Part shown: in pieces, positions 46,288 to 55,474 of the stretch
Layout of the letters: the number at the start of each line of letters is the position of its first letter
Position numbering within the stretch: the stretch's first letter is position 1
Assembly: GCA_964514585.1 (NCBI GenBank)
Contig: CAZETU010000004.1
Coordinates: forward strand, 10,031-74,030
Reading direction: 5' to 3'
DNA from: Candidatus Woesearchaeota archaeon
GTDB lineage: Archaea; Nanobdellota; Nanobdellia; Pacearchaeales; GW2011-AR1
Length of the DNA: 64,000 nt
Translations under genes and position numbers: made by a program
Notes under the pieces: model-generated
Told to the model about the DNA's origin: nothing
The model's database searches: none
Seen by the model: the letters and a program-made list of their open reading frames with translations, nothing else

Positions 46288-48512
46288 AACAAAGTACTCT
46301 TGGCTTCAGTTTGTTCCTCAGCCTTCAACCGACCAAGCTCCTCCTCAGAATAATTGCAAACAATATACTTCGCCAAAATCGGATACCTCTCTTTCATTAT
46401 CTCATAAACCCTATAAGCGATTCTCCTATACGAATCATGCGCCAACGGAATCGTCCTCAACTTAATCAAATGATACAACTCCCTTAAATTCATCGTAATC
46501 AAAAACCTCTTCCTAAATCCAAGCGGCAAAAGATACTGCGCCTGCCACGGATACTTCTCACGAACCCTATCGTAAACAACCTTCGCCTTTTCCATCGCAA
46601 GTCGATACTCACTTTCAACCCCAGCAGCCACGATATCTTTCGGAATATCATAGCCAAGGTCAGCAGTAAAAAGAGGATTCGTCTGAGTACAAATCCTATG
46701 CCTCTGCAAATCACGAAAAGCCCCATAATCCATCACAATCTCAAAACTAAAACTCTCATGCTCTAATTCCCTCATCGGATAATCAAATTCCCCCATCTTC
46801 CCAAGGTAATCATCCAAAACTCTTTCCTTATCAAAAACACTCATCAAAGCAACCTCTCGACTAATCTTATCAAACGACTTATTATTAAATCTATACAAAA
46901 TAGAAGAAACAATTCTATCCTCAGGATTTTCAGGAACCCCAACCAACTTCACCTTCTCCCCATCAAAATTATTATCACCAAAATCATAACTCTGCATCGC
47001 ATCCTGTGTATCACAAATATAATTTTTCTTATCCGCAAATTCCAATAAAGACGGCAAAACCTTCCGCCCCTCAACTTTCAACATCTCGCCAATCTCCTTC
47101 ATCTCTTTCAGCGGATGCGACGAAAGCTTCGAAATAGCATGCGACAACTGTCTAGCATTAAGAGTCCACCCAAGGCTCGTCTTAGTACAGGTCGGAAGCA
47201 AATAACGAATAGCATCAAATCTCCGAGAACCACAAGCCCTTTCCCAAGCCGCCTTTGATCCCCCCGCCCCAAAAGGAGCCGAACCCTTGACATAATCCAA
47301 AACTGGAACATGTAGCTTCGTATAAGTCTCAAAAAGATAATCCAACATCTCACCAATCTCACCAACAAATTCAGAATTCTTCAAAACAGGATCAAGATAA
47401 AACGAACTCCTATTAAACGAAACATACCTCGTAGACTTTTCGCAAAAAGAAGCCAATCTATTATCCTCAATAATCTTCGTCGCCAAAATACTCACTCCCT
47501 CAAGACCAAATCCAACAACAGCCCCCTCAGCAATAGAACTATGACCATAACCAAGAACCCATTTCTCCATAAATTGAATCGCCTTTTCCGTCGCGTGCTT
47601 AGTCGCCTCCCCAGCACCAGTCTTCTTTAACTCAGCAACAAGCAAATTAAAATTACTTTCATCCTCCTTCAGTAAATCCAAAAAACTATCCCTCAACCCG
47701 CCCTGAGACCGGCTATATCTCGCCTGCATCAAAGCCCAAACCTCAGGATGAAAATTCTTAGTAGCAAAAATCGAGCTATCAACATTAGTAAAAAAATAAT
47801 CCAAAACCAATCTTTCGTCAGAACTATAACTCAAACTATCACCCAACTTCTCCCAAAGTTCCTTATGAATTTCTTCTGGTGTCTTCAAAGAGGCCATCGT
47901 TCCATCAGGCGCACAATTAATCTTAATCCAACCATACAACTCCGCCAAATGCAAATACGACTCCTCCGCATTCCTCATATGCTCCTCATTACTCTCATGC
48001 CCATCAATATCCCCCTTCTCGGAACGAAACCTAGAACCCCGATTCCCCATTAACTCCTGACTAACCCCATACGGCATATAAAGAAAAACAACGACATCAG
48101 GCCTCGGCAAACTAAAATTCTCATACTCCAACTCACGCAACCACTCAAAAAAACTCTCCCTCTCTATCTCATCACGAATCTTCCCTCCCTGGTGCCCCAT
48201 ATTAGACTCAACATATCTATCCAAAATCGTCACATTACCCTTCTTCAACTCGTCCTGAATAAACCTCTTTGACGCAAATCTATCCTCGGCATAAAAAATC
48301 GAAGCAACCTTCGCCGGAACCTCATTCGCAGGTCCAAGCCAACCATCAAGATACCGTCTCACAACCTTCCCAGTCGGCGTAGAATAATCCGGAAAATCCA
48401 AAGCCACAACTCCACGATTCATCGATTTCAATTTCTCAATCAACAAATCAATCTGCGTAGATTTCCCACAACAATGACTTCCTTCAAAAACAATCAACTT
48501 ACCCTTCCTCAT
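46284..48512 (-). CDS. fusion of thymidylate kinase (N-terminal) with flavin-dependent thymidylate synthase ThyX (C-terminal)
   Basis: N-terminal ~215 aa: LIVFEGSHCCGKSTQ P-loop and LDRY, paralogous to the neighbouring tmk. C-terminal: ThyX hallmarks QRHRICTQ and MNLRELYHLIKLRT...AHDSYRRIA. The ThyX part is long (~520 aa), which may indicate two Thy1-like halves. Confidence 0.8.
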   Translation of the reverse strand: MRKGKLIVFEGSHCCGKSTQIDLLIEKLKSMNRGVVALDFPDYSTPTGKVVRRYLDGWLGPANEVPAKVASIFYAEDRFASKRFIQDELKKGNVTILDRYVESNMGHQGGKIRDEIERESFFEWLRELEYENFSLPRPDVVVFLYMPYGVSQELMGNRGSRFRSEKGDIDGHESNEEHMRNAEESYLHLAELYGWIKINCAPDGTMASLKTPEEIHKELWEKLGDSLSYSSDERLVLDYFFTNVDSSIFATKNFHPEVWALMQARYSRSQGGLRDSFLDLLKEDESNFNLLVAELKKTGAGEATKHATEKAIQFMEKWVLGYGHSSIAEGAVVGFGLEGVSILATKIIEDNRLASFCEKSTRYVSFNRSSFYLDPVLKNSEFVGEIGEMLDYLFETYTKLHVPVLDYVKGSAPFGAGGSKAAWERACGSRRFDAIRYLLPTCTKTSLGWTLNARQLSHAISKLSSHPLKEMKEIGEMLKVEGRKVLPSLLEFADKKNYICDTQDAMQSYDFGDNNFDGEKVKLVGVPENPEDRIVSSILYRFNNKSFDKISREVALMSVFDKERVLDDYLGKMGEFDYPMRELEHESFSFEIVMDYGAFRDLQRHRICTQTNPLFTADLGYDIPKDIVAAGVESEYRLAMEKAKVVYDRVREKYPWQAQYLLPLGFRKRFLITMNLRELYHLIKLRTIPLAHDSYRRIAYRVYEIMKERYPILAKYIVCNYSEEELGRLKAEEQTEAKSTLL

Positions 48513-48581
48513 AAAAAACCCAATCTCCTATCCTTAATAAAAAAATATATACTCCAATATATATATTCCCCCTCAAGCTTC

Positions 48582-49346
48582 TCAATCGACTCCTTCCTTC
48601 TCCTTCTCATTCATGCCCTTCGTACTAAAAACAATCTCTTTCTCCTCAGTATCCTCAATCTCCACCTTCACAATCTTGTAAACATCCTCATGTATTTCTT
48701 CAACACTTCTCATTTTCCCATCCGGAGTACACTTAATAACAGACCAACCAAATTTATCAGCACAATACAAAAACGCCTCAGAAGCATCATTAAGATGATT
48801 TATATCCGCCTCATGTATATCTCTTTTATTCCCACCAACATAATCTCGATGCCCCTTTTCATCAACCAAAATCTGAGCAACAGCAGGATCAGCATAAAGT
48901 AAAATTTGACAATCAGGCTTCGGTATTTCAAAAATACTATATTCTAATTCATGCAGCCAATCCAAAAACTTATCTCTTTCAATAATATCTTTAATTTTAC
49001 CAGATTGATGTCCCATATTCGCAGAAACATAACGATTACTAATACCTATTTCTCCATTTTCAAGACGCTTCCTAGCATCCTTTGATACAGCAAAACGATC
49101 ACAGGCATAAAAAATAGATGCCCTATAAGGACCAACTTCCTCAGCACTACCAAATTTCCCAGTCAAATAATCTTCAACCAATGCTGCACTTCTTTCTCCA
49201 TATTGAGGAAAATCCAAAACAAAAACTGGGTACCCCTCTTCTTTCAACCTCTTAACCAACACCTCGGTCTGTGTTCCCTTTCCACTACCATCAATTCCAT
49301 CAATAACAATCAACTTCCCCCTTTTCATACAAAAATCAAAGTTCAT
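48582..49346 (-). CDS. tmk: thymidylate kinase
   Basis: LIVIDGIDGSGKGTQ P-loop and SNRY(DRY-like) motif. An alternative start at 49328 (MKRGKLIV) is possible. Confidence 0.85.
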   Translation of the reverse strand: MNFDFCMKRGKLIVIDGIDGSGKGTQTEVLVKRLKEEGYPVFVLDFPQYGERSAALVEDYLTGKFGSAEEVGPYRASIFYACDRFAVSKDARKRLENGEIGISNRYVSANMGHQSGKIKDIIERDKFLDWLHELEYSIFEIPKPDCQILLYADPAVAQILVDEKGHRDYVGGNKRDIHEADINHLNDASEAFLYCADKFGWSVIKCTPDGKMRSVEEIHEDVYKIVKVEIEDTEEKEIVFSTKGMNEKEKEGVD

Positions 49347-49427
49347 CCCTTTATAAAAAAATATGCACTACAGAATATACCTCACAAAAAACAATAAATT
49401 AATATAAACACATTCACAAAATATATT

Positions 49428-49844
49428 ATGAAAATATATTTCGCAGGATCAATTCGCGGAGGAAGAAAAGACGCCGAACTCTACAATCAAATAATTGAAT
49501 ATCTAAAAACTCTAGGAGAAGTTCTCACTGAACACGTAGGAGACACAAACCTCTCACACCTTGGAGAAAAAACAAAAACACAATATATTCACGACAGAGA
49601 TTTAAAATGGATAACAGAATGCAATATAATGATTGCAGAAGTTTCAACACCATCACTCGGAGTAGGATACGAAATAAAAGACGCAATAACCAAAAACAAA
49701 AAAATTCTATGCTTATATCACCCACAAGAAAACAAAAGTCTCTCGGCAATGATAGCAGGCAGTCTAAATATAACAAATAAATCCTACACAAATCTAGACG
49801 AAGCAAAACAAATAATTAATGAATTCCTAAAAACAATACAATAA
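49428..49844 (+). CDS. DNPH1/Rcl-like 2'-deoxynucleoside 5'-phosphate N-hydrolase (nucleoside 2-deoxyribosyltransferase superfamily)
   Basis: MKIYFAGSIRGGRKDAELYNQII..L...GEVLTEHV and PSLGVGYEI match the DNPH1 pattern YF.GSIRGGR.D..LY..IV..L...G.VLTEHV. Confidence 0.7.
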   Translation: MKIYFAGSIRGGRKDAELYNQIIEYLKTLGEVLTEHVGDTNLSHLGEKTKTQYIHDRDLKWITECNIMIAEVSTPSLGVGYEIKDAITKNKKILCLYHPQENKSLSAMIAGSLNITNKSYTNLDEAKQIINEFLKTIQ

Positions 49845-50657
49845 TCACATACACCCAATAATCTTACAAAAATTACAAACCTCTCCCGTCGACGGCTCCC
49901 CACATTTCCCACAAACCTTCAACTCCCGCTTATTCTCAGTCCGCAAAGAAGGAACCAGTTTTTGAAAATTTTCAACAATAGCTAACTTCTCATCATCCCC
50001 AATATGAGACATCCATTCCCTCGTATCAACCCGGTAAGTCCCAAAAGCACAAGGACACTTATCATACAAAATATCAAACTTCTTCGACTTAGCATACTTC
50101 ATAATCTCCGACTCCGGAACAAAAAACAAAGGCTTAACCCTCTGAGCAAATCCCTCAATCCTCCGTTCCCCAGCCGACGGCGCCGAATTAACCCCCAACA
50201 AAACATTCCCCTTCAAAAAATTCATCAAAACATTCTGAGCCTCATCATCCAAATTATGCCCCGTCACCAAAACATCACCCCCAAGCTTCTTCGCCCACTT
50301 ATTCAAAATCCATCTCTTAATAATCCCACAAACAGTACACCCCGTCAAATTCTTCTCCTTCTTTAAAACAGCCTTAATAAAACAAATCCCCTGCCCCAAC
50401 TCCTTCTTCAAATCAACAATAGTCAACGGCACACCAAGCTCCCCACAAAACGTCGTCATATTCTCATTATGAACCCTCGACCAATCCCCCAAATGCAAAT
50501 CAATCAACAACCCATGAACATCATAGCCCAAATTTTTCAAAATATACAAAACCGAAGTCGAATCCTTCCCACCGGATAAAGCCACGACTACCTTATCTTT
50601 TTTCCCAATCAACTTATACTTGTCCACGGTTTCAGCGACTTTCTTCTCTATATCCAT
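49845..50657 (-). CDS. PP-loop ATPase, TtcA/NcsA-type tRNA thiolation enzyme
   Basis: Start trimmed to MDIEKK. SGGKDS PP-loop, internal CTVCG, and C-terminal CGKCGEP...CNFC. Confidence 0.7.
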   Translation of the reverse strand: MDIEKKVAETVDKYKLIGKKDKVVVALSGGKDSTSVLYILKNLGYDVHGLLIDLHLGDWSRVHNENMTTFCGELGVPLTIVDLKKELGQGICFIKAVLKKEKNLTGCTVCGIIKRWILNKWAKKLGGDVLVTGHNLDDEAQNVLMNFLKGNVLLGVNSAPSAGERRIEGFAQRVKPLFFVPESEIMKYAKSKKFDILYDKCPCAFGTYRVDTREWMSHIGDDEKLAIVENFQKLVPSLRTENKRELKVCGKCGEPSTGEVCNFCKIIGCM

Positions 50658-50742
50658 AATATAATAACAAAAAATCATCTTTTAAGTATAACGTTAACAC
50701 AGATTCCCAAAACTTTATAAAGAAAAACAATCTTGACAAATA

Positions 50743-51684
50743 ATGACAGACAAGAAAGATACCAAAAAAATTCTAAAAGACTTGTCTCAAAACTACTGGA
50801 CGATTTCCACAGTTGTTTTAGCAGTAATTTTAATCATGGTATTAATTATAGGAAACACAGCTACTCCAACAATCAACACAGACGCAATAGCACAAAAAGT
50901 TGTAGAACTCGCAGAAGCACAGGGAGCAAAGGCAGAATTGATAACGGCGGTTGATAACGGACAATTAATCGAAGTAACACTTTCAATGCCAGACCAACAA
51001 GGAAATATGCAAGAAGTTTCTCTATATGCAACACGAGATGGAGAAAACCTAATCTTACCAAACGGAATGATCCCATTAGAAATACAAGAAACACCAGCGC
51101 CTACAGCACCAGCGCCTACACAAGTTCCTACTTCTAACAGACCCTCAGCAGAATTATTTATCATGACACATTGCCCTTACGGAACTCAAGCAGAAAAAGG
51201 ATTCATCTCAGCAATGAAAACATTACAGGACGTCGCTAATGTACAAATCAGATTCGTTCACTATTTTATGCACGACCCTGAAGAAACAGAAACACCAATT
51301 CAAGTCTGCATCAGAGAAGAACAACCAAGCAAATTCCTACCATACTTAGAATGTTTCCTTGAAGCAGGAGACACAGACGCTTGTATCACAACAGCAAACG
51401 TAGACAAAACAAAAGTCGACGAATGTATCGCTAACGGAAACGCAGCAAAATACTACGAAGCAGATTCTGCACTAAGCCAACAATACGGAGTAAGCGGAAG
51501 TCCAACATTAATAGTCAACGGAGCAAAATCAAGCGCAGGACGAGACTCAGCCTCATACCTAGCTGGAATCTGTTCAGCATTCAACGACGCTCCAGAAGTT
51601 TGTAACACAGAGTTATCAACAGCAGCTCCAAGCCCAGGATTCGGATACACAGCAGCAGGAAGCGCAACAACAGCTCAGTGTTAA
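50743..51684 (+). CDS. membrane-anchored thioredoxin-fold protein with monothiol CPYG motif
   Basis: TM helix, a Pro/Thr/Ala linker, then FIMTHCPYGTQAEK and GSPTLIVNG (thioredoxin/DsbA-like). Confidence 0.55.
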   Translation: MTDKKDTKKILKDLSQNYWTISTVVLAVILIMVLIIGNTATPTINTDAIAQKVVELAEAQGAKAELITAVDNGQLIEVTLSMPDQQGNMQEVSLYATRDGENLILPNGMIPLEIQETPAPTAPAPTQVPTSNRPSAELFIMTHCPYGTQAEKGFISAMKTLQDVANVQIRFVHYFMHDPEETETPIQVCIREEQPSKFLPYLECFLEAGDTDACITTANVDKTKVDECIANGNAAKYYEADSALSQQYGVSGSPTLIVNGAKSSAGRDSASYLAGICSAFNDAPEVCNTELSTAAPSPGFGYTAAGSATTAQC

Positions 51685-51704
51685 TAAAAATATTTTTAAT
51701 TTTT

Positions 51705-52907
51705 TCAAGCAACAATCGGTTTATCTAAATATCCAATCTCGTCATCAGACAATCTCAAATCTTCTCGAATCTTAGAACCCTGCAAAATAATCTTCAACAA
51801 CATAAAATCCTTCATCGCAGTCTTCGTCGAAATATGACAATGCTTAGCATACTTCTGGCAAATCGTCTTCTTCTTCGCCGCCCTTTGATTCTGCAACCAA
51901 ATCTTCAAAATCCGACTCGGCTTCTTATAACTAGTCCACCCCTTCCTATCATATTTCTTAACAGACGCAACACCTGCCCCAAGCAAAAAATATTCATAAA
52001 CCATAAACCTCCAATGCCTCTGCCTCCGAATCCGCCCACGAAAAACATCAGCCAAACTCAAAGCCTCAATCGCCCGACACAATTCCTCACCCTGATACGC
52101 AATCGGCAAATTCTCCTCGACCCACAAAAACACATCGTCAATCGGCATGTTCACATCGTCATAAATATTCAACATCTTCTTATCAATATTAGCATTCTGA
52201 AAAACATGCTGCAAAGCCGAAAAAATCGACTGCTCCTTATCCCTCTCACCAACCTCCTGTAAAAGATCCGGCGAATCCATTTTCGACAAAAGCTGCAAAT
52301 CATTCAACGCCGCCCGAATATCCCCCCGAGCCTTAATCGCAATCGACTTCAAAACGTCCCCACTAACAACAACGCTCTCCTTCTCGCAAACATCCATCAT
52401 AATCTTCAACACAACCTTATAGTCAACCTCCTTCAACGCAATCAACTCAGACTTATTCCGAAGCAAATTAAATTTCTTCTGCCAAATATCATTCGCCGTC
52501 ACAACCACAGGAAACACCGACTTCTCCAAAAGACCCAATAACTCAGCAAGACCACCCCTATCCTTCATCGCCGAAATCCCATCAACCTCATCAACCAAAA
52601 TAATCTTATTCTTCCTAAACAAACTCTTCTGTCTCGAAGCCGGCCCAACAATCATTGAAATCTTATCTTTATTCCGAAAATCACTCGCATTCATTTCCAA
52701 AACCTCAGCATCAGTTTCAAACGCAATCGCATAAGCAAGACTAGTCTTCCCAACTCCCGGCGGCCCATGCAAAACCATCGCCTTCTTCTTCGGAAACATC
52801 TTCAAAAACAACTTAGCCTTATCAATCGCCAAATCCTGCCCCTTCACATCGTCAAAACATTTCGCCCGATACTTCTCGCACCACGGCACATTATCCATGT
52901 TCATCAT
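51705..52907 (-). CDS. rfcL: replication factor C large subunit
   Basis: PWCEKYR, LHGPPGVGKTS and LVDEVDG AAA+ motifs. Confidence 0.85.
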   Translation of the reverse strand: MMNMDNVPWCEKYRAKCFDDVKGQDLAIDKAKLFLKMFPKKKAMVLHGPPGVGKTSLAYAIAFETDAEVLEMNASDFRNKDKISMIVGPASRQKSLFRKNKIILVDEVDGISAMKDRGGLAELLGLLEKSVFPVVVTANDIWQKKFNLLRNKSELIALKEVDYKVVLKIMMDVCEKESVVVSGDVLKSIAIKARGDIRAALNDLQLLSKMDSPDLLQEVGERDKEQSIFSALQHVFQNANIDKKMLNIYDDVNMPIDDVFLWVEENLPIAYQGEELCRAIEALSLADVFRGRIRRQRHWRFMVYEYFLLGAGVASVKKYDRKGWTSYKKPSRILKIWLQNQRAAKKKTICQKYAKHCHISTKTAMKDFMLLKIILQGSKIREDLRLSDDEIGYLDKPIVA

Positions 52908-53311
52908 CGTACCAACTCCAACTCCCCATTTATCACAACCAGAGACATCCCCCTCAATTCATCACTAAAAGAACAATTCGGCAAAGGATTATAAAAAAAT
53001 ATTTTCTTATTCATTTCCCATGCTTTAATCACTTCCATAAAAGTCGCGCCACCAATATAATTCGGAATTCCATTTTTCTCAAAATTCAAAACAAGAATTG
53101 CATCCTGCGGAGCAATAGACGCATCAGTTCTCCTCATCATCTCGTCCTTCCAATTTACATGCTCCTCGCTTCCACTCTCCATCTCCTCTTCCTCAAACGG
53201 ATTCTCAAAACAATTAGGTAACGTAATCTCATGTCCTCTTAATTCCAAATTCTCTTTAATTGGCATAATCCTATCATAAAAATGCTTACTTGAAGCAATG
53301 AAAATTTTCAT
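52904..53311 (-). CDS. nucleoside 2-deoxyribosyltransferase-like (Nuc_deoxyri_tr2-like) protein
   Basis: MKIFIASSKHFYDRI..LELRGHEITLPN...DAILVLNFEKNGIPNYIGGATFMEV. Overlaps the rfcL start by 4 nt. Confidence 0.45.
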   Translation of the reverse strand: MKIFIASSKHFYDRIMPIKENLELRGHEITLPNCFENPFEEEEMESGSEEHVNWKDEMMRRTDASIAPQDAILVLNFEKNGIPNYIGGATFMEVIKAWEMNKKIFFYNPLPNCSFSDELRGMSLVVINGELELVR

Positions 53312-53313
53312 AT

Positions 53314-54318
53314 TTACTCCGCCCCCTTCAGCCTACCCGTCTCACAACCGTCACCAATGCCAGCCATAATAAACGCAGCAATCAAAGCTTCCAACTGAAT
53401 AAACTCATCAGCACCCTCAACCAACCTAAACTCAGCCTCGCCAGTCTTCTCAGTCAATCGAACCTTCAACGCATTATCAATCGGCAAATTCCAAACCTCT
53501 TTCTGAATCGCCTTAATCACATCCTGCCCCGAAATCGACTCTTTCAACATAATATCCAACAACTTCTCCCTCGAACTCTGAAAATCCCCACTCAAAGCAT
53601 AATCAAGAACAATCTTAATATCCGAAGGCTTTGCCTTACTAACAATCGTGTTCACCAAATCCGGAGTAATATTAGGACTAATCGACGCCGTCGCCTGCAA
53701 CAAATTAATAATCCTCCTACAATCTCCCTCGCTAGCCTCATACAAGGCATCAAACGCATCAGGAGTAATACTAAGGCCCTCATACTCAGAAATCAAATCA
53801 ATCCGCTTCTTAACGTCCTTCTTCTCCAACAACTGAAACCTAAACACAACCGTCCTAGACTGTATAGGGTCAAGTATCTTCGACGAATAATTACAAGACA
53901 TAACAAACCTACAAGTCGAAGTATAATTCTCCATAGTCCTTCTCAAAGCCTGCTGCGCCTCCCTCGTCAAAGCATCCGCCTCATCAAGAAAAATAACCTT
54001 AAACGGAACGTCCCCTATAGCCTTCGTCCTCGCAAAATCTTTAACCTTCTGTCGCACAACATCAATACCTCGCTCATCCGACGCATTCAACTCCAAATAA
54101 TTCTCACGCCAAGATTCCCCAAACAAAGTCTTAACAATAATTAAAGCAAGTGTACTCTTCCCAGTTCCAGCCGGCCCAGCAAAAAGCAAATGCGGAATAT
54201 TCATCGAACCAACCAAAGACTTAACTCTCTTAAGAATCTCAACTTGCCCAACCATATCACCAAACTCCTTCGGCCGATATTTCTCGGTCCACACCTCCGA
54301 ACTATAATGCTCCGTCAT
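53314..54318 (-). CDS. rfcS: replication factor C small subunit
   Basis: WTEKYRP, FAGPAGTGKST, FLDEADALT and SCNYSSKI (SRC-like) motifs. Confidence 0.9.
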   Translation of the reverse strand: MTEHYSSEVWTEKYRPKEFGDMVGQVEILKRVKSLVGSMNIPHLLFAGPAGTGKSTLALIIVKTLFGESWRENYLELNASDERGIDVVRQKVKDFARTKAIGDVPFKVIFLDEADALTREAQQALRRTMENYTSTCRFVMSCNYSSKILDPIQSRTVVFRFQLLEKKDVKKRIDLISEYEGLSITPDAFDALYEASEGDCRRIINLLQATASISPNITPDLVNTIVSKAKPSDIKIVLDYALSGDFQSSREKLLDIMLKESISGQDVIKAIQKEVWNLPIDNALKVRLTEKTGEAEFRLVEGADEFIQLEALIAAFIMAGIGDGCETGRLKGAE

Positions 54319-54363
54319 AATCTAAAAAGAAATCCCCTGTTTATAAGGATTATTGTGATAAGC

Positions 54364-55122
54364 CTAGCACACTCCACAAGGATCAAGCTTCTTTGATAAT
54401 TCAGGATCATAAGATTCCACTAAATAATCATCACAAACTTCAATATCAGCACATCTAACAGTTATTGGATTAACACCTTCATAAAAATGCAAATCACACC
54501 CATCAACATTACTTTGCACTCCCAAATATTCCAAATTACATAAACCTGAATCATTAGTATGAAAAGCAATCCGCTGATGACACAAATAAAAATAATAAGG
54601 AGAACCTATTTTATCACAAACACCCTCATCAACAATTTCATCATGCTCGTCAACAAAATAAAAAATACAAGAATCAACAACCCTCGTCTCCTCATCAACT
54701 CCTTCAGCCTCTACCCTCTCCTCATTAGAAAAAGAAACTGGATTAAAAAAATCCCCATCATTTCCCAGTTTAAAACAATCATCAATACTCTCTATCGGTT
54801 CTTTATCGGGTACACAAAAAGGAATACCACCGCCATTAATACATCTCATAACAATCGGCCCAGAAAAACCACTCAAACAGTCCCCATCAGACATAAGATA
54901 TCCATATTTTTCCATTTCATCAACACTATTCAAACAACACTTTTTTTCAGAAGGAGAAACTAAAGAATTATCAGAAAGATCTTCACAAAACTGTATTCTT
55001 AAATTATTATAATAATCAGGGATACGTTCCTCGTTCATTACCCAATTTATCTTACTATACAAATAAACTCCAGCAAAAATTAAAAAAATAACGGCAATAA
55101 CAACCCACCATTTCTTCTTCAT
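54364..55122 (-). CDS. membrane-anchored Cys-rich exported protein
   Basis: N-terminal TM helix and about 16 Cys in the ectodomain. No family recognised. Confidence 0.5.
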   Translation of the reverse strand: MKKKWWVVIAVIFLIFAGVYLYSKINWVMNEERIPDYYNNLRIQFCEDLSDNSLVSPSEKKCCLNSVDEMEKYGYLMSDGDCLSGFSGPIVMRCINGGGIPFCVPDKEPIESIDDCFKLGNDGDFFNPVSFSNEERVEAEGVDEETRVVDSCIFYFVDEHDEIVDEGVCDKIGSPYYFYLCHQRIAFHTNDSGLCNLEYLGVQSNVDGCDLHFYEGVNPITVRCADIEVCDDYLVESYDPELSKKLDPCGVC

Positions 55123-55168
55123 AAAACACTCAACACTAAAAACATTATAAATCTTTCGAGAATTACAA

Positions 55169-55279
55169 CTACTTATTTCTCTTCAGCTTTCTCTTTCGCT
55201 TTTCCTTCTTAAGTCTCTTACGCTGCCATTTCCAACGCATTTGACCTTTCTTCTTCCATCGTCTTGAACTTCTCTTCAT
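55169..55279 (-). CDS. tiny hyper-basic protein, ribosomal protein eL41-like
   Basis: The track ORF is trimmed because its 5' part overlaps tRNA-Gln. MKRSSRRWKKKGQMRWKWQRKRLKKEKRKRKLKRNK; the last 23 residues resemble eL41 (MRAKWRKKRMRRLKRKRRK...). Confidence 0.45.
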   Translation of the reverse strand: MKRSSRRWKKKGQMRWKWQRKRLKKEKRKRKLKRNK

Positions 55280-55339
55280 TGTAATAATAACTCCAAATTT
55301 AGGTTTATAAAGTTTTAGATAACTTCTTACCGGAATCAA

Positions 55340-55412
55340 TAGCCCCACCAGGATTCGAACCTGGGTCACGAGAGTCAGAGTCTCGTATCCTTGACCACTA
55401 GACTATGGGACT
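55340..55412 (-). tRNA. tRNA-Gln (anticodon CUG)
   Basis: 73 nt. Acceptor agtccca/tggggct with A1:U72, anticodon arm cgaga-ctCTGac-tctcg, T arm ccagg-ttcgaat-cctgg. Confidence 0.85.
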
Positions 55413-55474
55413 ACATCCAAACAACAAAATCTTAATTTAAAAAGTTTTATAATACAACTCCTCGTTACAAAACT

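Noticed and set aside
48513-48581. AT-rich palindromic stretches upstream of tmk-thyX (atatatactccaatatatatat) and upstream of the dcd-like gene (39560-39585), examined as additional NrdR boxes.
   Set aside because: They lack the ACAC/GTGT-type outer arms and proper 16-bp dyad symmetry. They cannot be told apart from ordinary AT-rich promoter sequence without a PWM scan.
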